Assembly: GCA_038496445.1 (NCBI GenBank)
Contig: JALMLS010000234.1
Coordinates: 1 to 64,000 of the forward strand
Reading direction: 5' to 3'
Source of the DNA: Trichosphaerium sp. ATCC 40318
Taxonomy: Eukaryota; Protista; Tubulinea
DNA: 64,000 nt
In this document: positions 24,097 through 36,433 of the stretch, one piece after another
Numbering within the stretch: position 1 is the stretch's first letter
Layout of the letters: the number at the start of each line of letters is the position of its first letter
The notes under the pieces: model-generated
The model's input: only the letters and a program-made list of their open reading frames with translations
Database searches by the model: none
Told to the model about the DNA's origin: nothing
Translations under genes and position numbers: made by a program

Positions 24097-26425
24097 ATGC
24101 ACCATTCCGATAAACGGCGTAACGCGTTAAAAGACAGTAACCATAATAATACCGCTGTTTCGTCTAAAATAGATCGAGTGCTGCTTGAACTTGTAAACAT
24201 ACGCGAGAAGTTACATCTAGAAAGTACAGCGAGAGAAAATCTGGGTATGAGCATGAAAAAATGATTGTAACACCTGAAAATGAGCTTTCTACGTGCACTC
24301 GGCCACTCCCTAGCAATTTTCAGAGCTTTTGAGGTCATTGAAGTGTCAAGCTGATCATTTTTAGAGACGAGCATAACAGAACTCAAAGCAGACTTGTGGC
24401 GCCTTGAACAGAACTATGACTTTTGCTATAGCATTTTAACTTCAAATGGGTACCCGACATTAATATCTTTTTGAGTTTTAACGGATCCTTGCCTAAATAG
24501 CTTATGTGAAGCCCCTTTTATCCTTCAATTACCAAGGGAGTTATTCGAGTTTATAACACGTTTATTGGATGTTGCAACACTTCACAGCCTCATAAGATCA
24601 TGTCGGGCACTATACCACCAAACTTGGTTGTGGACACGTGCGTTGAAGTTATCTTATAGGTTTATTCTATTTCTTACTTGCTCTGTGTTCATTTAGGTCT
24701 TTGCAAGCAGAAGTTTGGTGAGAATGTTGATTTTAAGTTTAGAGGATGGAAGAAAGAGTTTTTAAGAAAACTTCACTTACAAGATTCATGGCGGAATGGA
24801 AGGTAGGACTAAGTCATGTTACGATTATTTATTTATATGCTCATCACCTTGTAGGTGTAACGTCAAGGATATTGAAAATCATACCTTCGGTGTGAGTTGT
24901 CTTGATATAAGTGGTGATTTGGTCGTTACTGGTTCGGGTGAGTTTTTCTTTCAGTATTTTTATTTTATTTGTTCATGTTTTTATTAGCTGATAAGACTGT
25001 GGCGATAAGCAATATCAACACGCTCAAAAAATTGGTCATATTCACAGGGCATAACCAAGGTGTTATGTGCGTTAAATTGGCATATCAACAAGGATTGGTA
25101 TTTAGTGGTTCTGTAGATACAACAGTTCGGTACGTGGTTTTATTAAAATGATAATATAATTGACAAACATTTTAGTGTATGGTCTCTAGCAAAGCGTCAA
25201 TGTGAATACGTGCTTACAGGTGCGGTATAATGAAGCAGGCTACTACATAATACTCAGTAAGGCCACACTGATGCCATTTTGTGTATTTGCTACGATCCTA
25301 TAAAAGGCAGGTTAGCTAGTGGATCTGGAGATACAACTGCTAGGTATTTTCCTTGCACGTTTATTGTGTTATATTAAAAAACTTGGATAGGCTATGGGAT
25401 ATAAATAATGGAGCAACACTCCATGAGTTTACAGGTAAACAACTACTTTTCAAAAGTTGTGTTTTTTTAATTGTTTTGTAGGTCATAGATTGAATATTTT
25501 ATGGTTCGTTTATTTATCTATGTGTTGGAGTTTTATTTCTAACATGACATGAATTAAGTCTTGAGCTTCATAAAGATTTTCTTTTTACTGGTGCTAAAGA
25601 CTTTGAAATACGTGTATGGTCTACAATAGACGGAAGTTTAATCCATGTTTTGAGAAGTCATAGATCTGACATTTTTTGTTTATCAATGGTGAGGCTTTTA
25701 TGGTATGCTTTATCAGTTTATGTACTAACTGTTTATGTAAGTGGAATGATCATTTAATATCAGGTTCTATTGATAGCCAGGCCGTAATGTAAGTGCTAGT
25801 TCTAAAGATTACAGTGATGGTTTTTTAGATGGAGTGTGAACGAAGATGATGCTCAGAAAATAGAGACTCTTCAAGGGCATAAAGCTGATGTTCTAGCGTA
25901 TGATCAAGAGCCTTGTATCTCACAGTATTAATATTAGGCTAACCATCTATAGGCTGAAAGTTTATGGCGATATGTTATTCACAGCAAGTACAGATAGGAC
26001 AGTAAGACGTAAGAAAAAGATTCTTATTATTCTTATTTATTTCTTAATAGAATGGGACCTCACAAAACCAATAAACGAGAAACTTGTAAGAGTTTATGGC
26101 GGTCATAAAGACGCAATAGAGGTCATAGGTGTGTCAGAATATGATAATTTAGTAACATGTAGTGCGGATAGAACAATAAAGGTAAAAAAAAACCAACATA
26201 AACTTTTCTATGTATAGTAACCAAGTTACTTCCTAGATTTGGAGTACAAATACTGGTGAGTGTATATCTACACTACCAGGAATGGAATGGGTACACTTAT
26301 ATATTTATTCTATACAACTGTTTTCTAATACAAGCCTCTAGATGTTTAGTATGCAAGTGATTGAGAATGCCATTGTTTATGCATCGGCAGCATCAGGGAA
26401 ACTATTTGTTTACAAGTTCAATTAG
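24097..26425 (+). CDS. F-box/WD40 repeat protein
   Basis: ILQLPRELFEFITRLLD F-box; multiple GH-x-WD repeats (GHNQGVMC, GHTDAILC, GHKDAIEV). Confidence 0.88.
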
Positions 26426-26489
26426 AAAATAAACAAGTACAAAGAAATCACGTTGTCAAAAATATGAGAAACATATGCAATGTAACATT

Positions 26490-26882
26490 TACATTTAATG
26501 ACAGCACAACAAAGTGGTATTCCCTGTTGTATGAAGTAATATCAATCTTTGCGTTCACTATGTTGTTTACGTAAATAAACAGATAGTAAGTTAAGAACGA
26601 TGTGGCTCACTTGTACTGGTTTTTTTATTATAGATCTATTGCCATGGGCATATGTTCTATCCAATCTTGTCTACACGAAGAACAATTATGTCAATAAATT
26701 TATTTGAATGAAAAAAAATAATTCATAGGTACGTGCCTCTGTTTCACTACAGAACTCTTGTTCGTTATAACGTGATAGTATATTTAATGTCCTTACAGTT
26801 TGATTAGGGTTATTTTATCAACGTTCTCTACAATAAGATATACAATCTCTGCAGGTAATTGAAGTGTGTCAGCACAAGACAT
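26490..26882 (-). CDS. Short F-box-like protein (structure uncertain)
   Basis: MSCADTLQLPAEIVYLIVENVDKITLIKL followed by GT-AG introns; 3' end unclear. Confidence 0.35.
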
Positions 26883-27050
26883 TGTCTCTCAACAATTAAA
26901 GCTCCAATAAATAAAACAAGAAAATTTCTGCCAAATCCTTGGCCATTAAAAACTTTTAAACTTTTTTTTAAAGAAATCCTAACCACCACAACGTTTACTG
27001 TTTTTAATTCATTATTTGCATACATTTAGGATATTACAGCCAAACAAAAA

Positions 27051-28230
27051 TCACAAAGTGTCTTCAAGGTCTTGCAAGTATGACAACATTAGCATATTCT
27101 CCTTCAGAATACCGTTCAAATGGGCTGTATCTGCGCGTTGTCTAGAGTAAGGATCTATTTGTTTCTTCTACAGTGTTACTTAGATAAGGGTAATTTTTCA
27201 TGCCAAAACAAAAACTTTAAAAAAAAACGAAACAATTTTCTGGTAATTGCTTTGCTTGGTGCTACTGTACGTACCTCTACGTTCTTCATTTGTGGGGGCA
27301 GTGATTTTCTTCTACTAGCTTTTACAGAAGTTATCGTATCTGCGGTAGTAGTAGGTTTCTTTCTCGTGCCAACGCTTTTTCTTCGGTTTCTTTTCTGAGA
27401 ACTGACAGCCGGCACTGACAGAGATAGAGTTCCTTTGTTCGAAGATACGTGGTCCCCTCTATACCCTGTGCTTCTCTTCCTAGGCCTTGAGCTAGGTATA
27501 GCACTTACCGATTGCGTTTCGGGATCAAAACTTCTTGATCTTGGCTTGTCACGGGACCGACGTCGTTTCGAAGCAAATGATTGTGTTTCAGGGTCAAATG
27601 CACGTGAAGTTGTCTTGTGTTTTGATTTAGATTTTGACCGACGCCTTGTCGATGATGCAAACGACTGTGTCTCATCTATGACGTCATGGCGACGAGAGCG
27701 ACCATTACTTCGCCTACGATCCTTCCTGTTGGTCGAAGATGCCCTGTAGCCACCGAAAGATTGCGTTTCGGGGTCAAATTCGCGTTCTGGTAATTGTATT
27801 TCTACGCCTGCTGGTAAATACGCTCCAGTGCTATTGCTTTAATTAGATACACGCGTCAAGGAGACTCCTAGATTGTTTTTAAAGTGACTTACTGTAAATA
27901 GGTTTGTAGAGTTCTTCTATTCGTTTCAATAAGCTCATTGCATTGTCGTTGTGTCCTTACAACGTCGTGGGCTGTGTGCGCTGTTATTAAAATGTGAATT
28001 TCTTGAATTGAATTTGGATCTATTGTTGGTTACTTTCTCTAAAAACGGAGTTTTTTATAGCGCTAACCGTGCAACCCATCACGTAATTCTACTAGAATAG
28101 TAGGTCCTCTAAAGAAGCTTAATTTGATATCTGTTATTATTGCTTTGATAGCCTTAAAACATTGTTTTGTTCTGTTTTCTGCGATTGGAAACCCTATGGG
28201 TACTCTTGCAACGAACGGTCTTGTGGACAT
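27051..28230 (-). CDS. Basic, disordered protein with four DPETQS repeats
   Basis: Spliced ORF MSTRPFVARVPIG...; central exon ~27274-27842 open, Arg/Ser rich. Confidence 0.65.
27506..27778 (-). repeat. Four coding repeats (F/I)D(P)ETQS(F/V)
   Basis: Plus-strand copies gattgcgtttcgggatcaaa (~27510), gattgtgtttcagggtcaaa (~27579), gactgtgtctcatc (~27663), gattgcgtttcggggtcaaa (~27759). Confidence 0.8.
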
Positions 28231-28396
28231 GTGCTGTTTATTTGTTAAAGAAATTAGAAACAAGTTGACCGACGCAGAAAACGTAAAAGCTGTTTTTTAT
28301 CAACAAGAATTCTTGTAGGTAACGCCTGCGTACAAAAGAAGAGTTTACTGTACCTGGAAGCTGCCTTGTGGCGCTTTAGGAGTTAATTAGTCAACT

Positions 28397-29577
28397 ATGA
28401 ATACCACATCAGGGAGCACTGGAAGTAACGAGGTAATCATGCAAAGCACGCTAAACGGCCTTGCAATTCGCATTCGATTGTCGCTATCACGATGCAAAGG
28501 CCACAATCGATCAAATTGTGTCAGAATGGAATAAAGAACACCAAGACGATGCACCGGAGACAATAGACGCAAATACGAAAATACCAAGCTCGAATATTGG
28601 TTACAAGATGCTGTTGAAGATGGGCTGGAAGGATGGCGTAGGCCTTGGCAAGAATCTACAAGGTACAACCGTTTTGATAGTGTTAATTATTGTCTTGCGC
28701 TTACAGGTCTAAAGGTCGAAAGGAACCAGTACCACAAGGCACAAAGGGAGATTTTAGAGGTTTAGGTCGAGTAGAACAAGATAACAAGATGGCAGAAGAA
28801 GCTACAAGCAAGCGGTACCTATTTTCTCGTTTGTATTGCTTAAAAGAGGTAAAATAATATGTTAAATAAAGGCGTGCACTCGCTACTGAGAAGATTGAGA
28901 CAGAAGATGAAACTATTAAGCGTAAACAAGAGCACGAGAGGCAAGAAAAAATAAAAGAAGACGTCAAACAAATGACAGATCCGTTCTATTGTAAGATATG
29001 CGACAAGGTGCGGACGGCTTCATTAAAGTTGTTCATTTTATTGTTTTACAAAAATTGATCACTCTCCCTGCTCCAGGCACGCGTAAATAAGCGCGTAGAG
29101 GGTTTTGTGTACTATAAAAAGCAACGCTTTTTTTTTGGGTCAGAAATTAAATAAATGTCTCATTTATTGTTTTAGCGGTTCAAGTCAACTACTCAGCTAG
29201 ATACACACGAAAAAGGATATGCACATAACCATCGCAAGGTATAGACTGGAGTAAATTATTACATACTAACGTAAGAGTTCTAGAGGCTTGCTGATTTACG
29301 AGAGTTTGATGGTCAAATGAAAAAGACACAATCAAGGAAAAGACAGCTCAAAAGCCAACAAAACGAACTTGAACGTGCACTAAAGAAGGCTAAAGCAACG
29401 TAAGTTAATCTAAATTTACCTTTTAATGTGTAGCGTGCATTTACAAATTGTTCATTTAGAGAGGAAGCTATGAAGATCCTAGCGCCTTCTCCAGGTGATC
29501 CTGAAGCAGAGAAAGAACCTGAAGTTAAAGTAGAGGCATTAAAGAAAGACAGGCCAAAGATGTCGTTCAGTTTTTAG
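28397..29577 (+). CDS. G-patch plus C2H2 zinc finger protein (GPATCH8/ZNF804-like)
   Basis: SNIGYKMLLKMGWKDGVGLGKNLQG; FYCKICDKRFKSTTQLDTHEKGYAHNHRKR. Confidence 0.88.
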
Positions 29578-29742
29578 TCAATAAAGTAGAATAGAATCAA
29601 AATTATAATTTATGTTATTGTACTTCACTGCCACGTGTGCCAATAGTATTTTAGAGGCCGCTGTAGGAGGTTTGAAGCCGAGGTTGAGTGCCACTAAGCG
29701 TGTCAAAAGTGGTCTTGCTTAGGAAGCCTTAACATACTTGTA

Positions 29743-31152
29743 ATGGCGCTACGACGGTCATTTGTTACTTGTGGATGCAGTTATATTTCGTTGAAGCAGC
29801 CTAGAGCTTGCTATACAACATTACCAGATATTCCCACCAAAAAGAATCTAGCACGCGTTAAAAAGCAAGAAAACGCGGTGGCAAAGGCAAATGGCCTTCA
29901 AAAACATTTTAATCCACGAGCTTACACATTACGCCCAAATACATATTATTTTATTGATTCCTCGATCATACCAGAGGCGTCTATGGAACACTCAGTGTAT
30001 TTTAAAAGTAAAACTACCATGTGGCTCACTATGCCTCTTATACAAGGTATGTACACGCTAATTACGCGTAAAACTAATCATAAACACTGTTGTGACGTTG
30101 TTTGTAAGCGAGAAATGTTAACTTTCTTCAAAGGTCATTTTTTTTGTACAGAAACTGTCCAAGAGGATAGTATATCAACATATAATACAACCATACCAAA
30201 CGGTTATCGAGCAGTTACATCTGGGTTAAAATATGACCAAAAACAAAAGTTATATGAAAAAATGATGCCAATTCTTGAACCAAACAAATCTATCCGCTAC
30301 AAGGTATGATATCGCCCGTGTTGTCAAGGAACGATCCCCTAATATTTTATGATTCACTCAACAAATGTTTTTCAAATCACGTGATTTTGTAATGTGAATC
30401 TAGTGAACAAAGAAAAATCCGAAAAATTTGATGCTAAGTTTTTTTTTTTAGATGTCGCATCCTTTACGGATTATTATTGAAGCTTCATTTTGCAGTTCTG
30501 ATGTAGAAGCATTAAAACTACCTAAAGAGTCTATGTTTAATTTCTTAACACAAAATGAGAAGATGGCAGAGCGTCTATCAAACAAAGTACGAAACTTTTT
30601 TTTTCATCAAAAATCACGTGTGTTAATGCTTTAGTTAGGCAGTTATCAATGAAATGTTAGAAGTTTTGGATGAAGAGAATATACCAAAATTTAAAGGTAT
30701 TCTCAATTGTGTTCTATTGAAGGATATAAACCCAAATGATATAATATCACCAATGTCAGATGTACGTAAAGAAAAAAGAAAAACAACAAAAGTTGTACAA
30801 CTTTTTCTAGGATTTTAGGGGTTTTTTTTCCTTCAACAAGACTTCCATTACCAAGAGCGATTAATTCTCCAAAATAACTTATTATTATTAGGAAATGATT
30901 GAACTTGCAAAAAGCACTGATCCCGAAGAAAAAGAGTTATTTGACTTAGAGTAAGAATCACAAACTTTTCACTTTTTTTTACCATTCGAAATTTTCCTAC
31001 TTTTTTTTTTTGCTCACGGAGTTTGTTTTAGAGATCCAAATATAATACCCGGCCAGGAGAAATATCAAATTGAGCAAGCTAAGTATAGAGGTAGCTTAGA
31101 TGTTCGAGGAATGTTAGAAAACAGACCACAAAATAGAATACCAATGAATTGA
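29743..31152 (+). CDS. Putative mitochondrial protein with degenerate PIN-like domain
   Basis: Arg/Ser-rich presequence MALRRSFVTC...; YYFIDSSII, FFCTETVQED, LRIIIEA, FLTQN spaced like PIN motifs. Confidence 0.55.
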
Positions 31153-31321
31153 AAAAAAAAACTTGTTTGTTTTTCTTGTGGATTAATGATATATGTCAAT
31201 TACTCATAACCTAAACCACTTCCATATCTCATCTTATGTGCTGTGCTGACAGATAAACAAAACGCTTCTTACTGTTAAAACAAACTATACATTCGCAGTG
31301 ATGAACAACGAGATCAAATGT

Positions 31322-34300
31322 TTATTGATGGTAAACAGCATTGTGGACACAAAAAAGTGGTATTCTAAAGGAATTGGGTTGGTGTGGTGGTAAACAACAA
31401 ACTAAGAGTGACTGTTTTTTGCTTCATACAACCCATGTGAATGTTATTTTGCTCTTCTTTTTCTTCATATTTGATGTCGTGATTTGTTTTTAGAAAAGGA
31501 GACAAAGTACCTAAGGGAAGAAAGAAAACTGGTTAATATTATTTTTTTTCTGGATCTTTTTTGGATATTTTAGCGTACTTTGTTGCTGGACATAAATCTA
31601 CAACAGAGAGTGGTGGCATCGTAGAAACAGGTACAGTACATCCCATCCAAGTGTGTGGTAGGAACGCATGACCAACAGAGATGTCCAAAATACATTTTTC
31701 TGAAAAAAACGATAAATGAATGAACTCTGAAATCAAAGAGAAAAAAAAAAAACTGTACCTGTCAATGCTGGGTGTGTTATTGTTATATCTGTATTTATTT
31801 CGTATTTAAGGAATCCAATAGGTTTAATATTTTGTTGTGGTATACGATATAGTTTATACTCTTGGTCTGGAAAACGAATCTAAAGAAAGAAAAAAAAGTG
31901 AATAGGTTTGATTTACAACAAAAACTGAGAACGAGAATGTGGAGTTCTAGAAGTTTTTTTTGTTCGTAGTATCTGATAAATACCTTAATAACAATACCAG
32001 ACGTATTATCTACATTTGTCACAGTAGCTACAAAAAAGATTAGGATATTGGCGAGTTACTTAAGTCAACATAAAAAAAAATAGAAAACATTGTTACCTTT
32101 TACTGAGATTTCATTTGGGATCATGTGATATCCCTTGGCAGGGTTATCATAATTTGGTTTTGGTAGTAACATCTTTGCTGATAATTGTTTGACTATGGTT
32201 TCTACAACTGGCATGGAAGGCCACCATACCTAATAAAATGTTTTAGGAAAAAAAAACTTTCGGCTTGATTGCCTTGAGTGAGTCTATAAGAGCTGCTGAT
32301 CCATTCTTTGGATGCCATTCAAATATCAATCCCATTAATGTCGTGAGTGCTTTTGACAATGTAACACTACGGTGAGTCCAATACCTAACCAAAACAAATA
32401 AGAATCCAAAAATGAAAGAAGTTGTCCATAACGAAAAAAAGTAAAAAACAGCAAAAAAATAGGCTTGGTTAACTTGCACCAACTAAGTTTAATACTTTAA
32501 AGTCCTTCAAAAATATATACGCACGTTCTTATAGTTTTGACTTGTTCACAAAACAAGTCCCATTCTTGTATTGTTGTGTCTGAAGAAGGTTTTGTGATAA
32601 AACGGACAGCCAGGGCGAATATCCGCATTTCTAATACAGCAAGGTTCGCTTCACAGTTAAGACCCAAGAATAAATATTGCATCTTATAAGTGAATCCCAG
32701 TAATCGTGTAACAATATCTTCAGTTATCCCTGACATTGTACGCATCTATTAGATAAAAGTAAGAAAAAAATAGGAATGATGAGAAAAGTAAAACACGTCA
32801 GCAACAAAAATCTATTGGTGTACCTGTACTACACATTCGAGGCTTTTCATATACATAAGAAAGAATCTTGCTTTTCCTGACGCTCGTTTATCCATACGTG
32901 CTATACGTGCAAGGTTCTGTTTGCCTTTTGAAATCAGTTTTTTTACTGTCTTCAAGTTTTTTGTTTGCATGATTTGTGGCATTGTTTCAACATCCTGCAG
33001 TACTAATCTTAGAGATTTATCCACAACTATAAGTGTGTCAATAAACAAAATAATCCGATTTATGGTGTACCGTTATGACTCTTTTTGGTTTTAGCATCAG
33101 TAGAGCCAATATTTTCGTAATGGCTGAGATGTGGTACAAGTTTTGGAAACTTTATCCTAGAAAAACAGTTTGAGTATACTCAAGGCATCTTATTTCGCTT
33201 TAAACGTACCGTAGGTAGTGGTAATGTTTTTGAACATATGAAGGTACTACAGAGAAAAGACGTGGATGAATCGAACATGAGTTTAGTATGCACAGAAGAA
33301 TAGCGATATCTATTTTGTCAAGGTTCAACAATGTTTGCTTATTAAAGCACAAAACTATTTTTCAAAGCAAAACCCCCACCACTCTATGCTTTAGGATACA
33401 AGACTTGTCTTCAACATTAGGTTCCCTAGGTATAAATCTCCTATCTATACGAAGTAATCCTTCAATAATATACTCTAAGAAGAAACAATCAGAAGGACAG
33501 CATCAAACTATTAAAATAAATGTAGCATAACGCTGCTTGCCTGTAAAGCTACCATGGTTTCGACCAAGGTACTTCATACATTCATATGTGCTCTTAATAT
33601 CTACAGGGTACCTATAATTAATCGTTATAGTGATGTAAGCGAGGGTTAGTGCGCACTTTGTAAGACTTGAAAGTAACGCTTGTATAGCTGTATTGAGGCA
33701 TGCCGTATTAAGCAAGTGTAATGTACATAATATTTGATGAACAGCTTGTCTTATAATGGGAGAAGAATCTTCTAGTATAGCCAGAACAACATGAAGCTAA
33801 AAGCAAGAAACAAATGAATAAGCGAACAAATGAAACAAAGAAGAATCCGTTTTGACAACGCTTGAAGAACAAACTTACTTGTTCCATATCTAGCTGTACT
33901 ACAGATCCAATTTTTCGTAAACTGTGTATTGCGTTCAAGCGAACCTTAACATAATACGTAAGAATGTGATTACAGCATCCGAAAAAAATAAGAAAAAAGG
34001 CGGGAAAAAGCAAACATACAGAGTCAATCTCATCATTGAACATATCAACCAAGAACTCAACCGCACTAAGTGCAAATTTTTTTGATCTGGCACCAAGCTC
34101 ACAAATAGAGTCAATTGTAGCATTACGAACCTAGTACAAAAGTCAATTGAGTGACACCTAACACAATGGATAAATACCTCGAAAAACTCATCTTCTAGAC
34201 CATGAATAAATGCTCCAGCTGCACCACTATCCAAAATAGATACAGTGTTCATTTTGACATCAATGTCACCCTTAGTATGTTTTTAGTCGCCACGTTTTTT

Positions 34301-35900
34301 GTGGATTACGATAAAGCTGTACCTCAGGACTTATCTCGTCTTCTTCGTCTATAGCGTGCATACTTATAGCTTTACGATTACTACTCAACTGAACAGTTTG
34401 TGAACCACGTGATAGTGTTTTTTTACTCAAAGTCTGAACTAATAATCCAGTAGATACGCCAAACATACTACCTAATAATCCACTAGCCTAAACAACTCAT
34501 AAATAACACGCTCTATCCAGATGCAATAAAAAACAAACTCAAACAAAAACTCTTTCTTTCTCAATCACTTTAGAGGGCACATAGAGTATACTAATGATAA
34601 GAAGGAAGTACATACCTTTGTACGGACTGTTGTTGATTCATCACATACCATAGAACAAATAGTTTTGAATCCATGATCCACTAATCTCACTTTTCCTTTT
34701 TCTCTAGAAACAACGTGCTGTGGGTACAAATTACTCATGACCCTAAACAATATTCTTAAAATTAAGCACTGATATGGTTTCATGTACCATATAAGCTCTA
34801 ATGCTTCTAGTCTTACATCTTCAATTGGATCAGAGAGAGCGACCACGGCGTTTTGATAAAGAGCAACATCAAGCTCGAAATTTCTGCTGTGAAGTGTTCT
34901 GATTGCTGATAACGCAGCCTATAAAAGTTATTATACCTATTGTACTCAAGTTAAAAAAAAAGAGCGTACCACTCGAACACGTGCATCTGGATCAGATGCA
35001 ACTCGACCAAGTATTTGTTGAACATCTTTACTGAGTTGTTTTGAGTTATTCTTATCAACTGGTACACACAAAGATGATAGTACGTTAATAGCACCAATTC
35101 TGACTCCTAAAAACAAACTTATTTAACACCGTCAATGCATAGAGTACGTACTAGGATCTATTGAATCCAAAAGAGGTACAGAAGCATTTAAGAGAGCTTC
35201 ACGAATAGGAGATTTAGCTTGGGCAACTTGAAGCATTGCTCTTAAGATATCAGGGCGAGTACCACTTGGATCAATAGATTGCTTTAGTTTCGAAATTAAA
35301 TCTCCACAAACTGCATCAGAAGATGAATCTGGTTGAACAGAAAGACGACCTATCAACCTCACTATAACACTCTAATCAGAAATTAATAAATGCCTGAGGA
35401 TTCAACACAGCAATTGTTCGTATTCAACAATAAATTTCTCACGATAGTACAGCAATGGCTCAAAGGCGGCCAAAAAAAAAAAAAAGTTCCAGGATTTTTG
35501 TGACAAACTTGATGATTTTTGGCCGTTAAAACACGTGAGCTGGGACGAGTATACCGAAATGATATTTTGTTTTGTTGGAGGTTTATGAAATAAGGAGTGA
35601 GGTACCTTGATAGATGATTTATATTCTCTGCGTAGTTGAATATTTAAAGACTCCATTAGTTTGGCATGTTCTGCTTTGTCTGGTATTGGTAGAGTGTTTT
35701 CTAAGCGTAGGAGATACTTTTTGAGGTTGTCAGAGATATAATAAATAAGATTTTAAACGCACTCTGATTTTTGCGTCGTTATCTTGCCCAAATAGAACGC
35801 TATGAGGGCCTTCATCGCTTTTATTGTCGTTCTTGTTGATTTTAGAGATTGTTGTAACATTTTACCGTACCGCGTTGTATTGACTCGAAAAAACCATTTG
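31322..35900 (-). CDS. INTS4: Integrator complex subunit 4 (ends approximate)
   Basis: SILDSGAAGAFIHGLEDEFFEVRNATIDSICEL; FLVDMFNDEIDSVRLNAIHSLRKI; HEAT repeats. Confidence 0.92.
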
Positions 35901-36433
35901 GTCACCTGTTTTTTGGCGTTTTTGACTCGATTGAAGAGCCTACGATAATGTTATTAAATAAAACCCATATAAAGGCAGTACTTCGCGTGCACCAGCTAAT
36001 GTAACGGTTTCTATCGTTGTTCTATAGTAAATTAACAATTTTAAACGTAGCAATGCAGTACGTAGTCCCAAACGCATCTAAGCGAGTTCGCTTGGCACCT
36101 GCGTGCGCCATCGGGCTGTTACAAAATACTGGCAGTCAATAAACGTCCGTTTTGCCTAATTCACTGACCAAAGGATTTGTCCACTAAATGCACAGGTGGC
36201 AGCATAGGGATTAAGAAATACGTCAAGAGGTCTAAAACGGTGCTAGCAGTGACTATTTTAAAAAAAACGTCTCTTTGTTTGAAAATTTTTTACAGCATTT
36301 CCTGTCGCTTTACAGTGTTTTTTTTTGTTTTCTTTTTTAACAGCGACAAGAGATAAAGACAAGTGTGGGTGATAAATAACTGCACAACACTAGGAAGGGC
36401 AAGAAAATCCATAAAAGGGTAAGAGATTCTTAT

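Noticed and set aside
27435-27749. Plus-strand 104-aa ORF with NDCVSG repeats
   Set aside because: Antisense reading of the DPETQS repeats; splice signals support the minus strand
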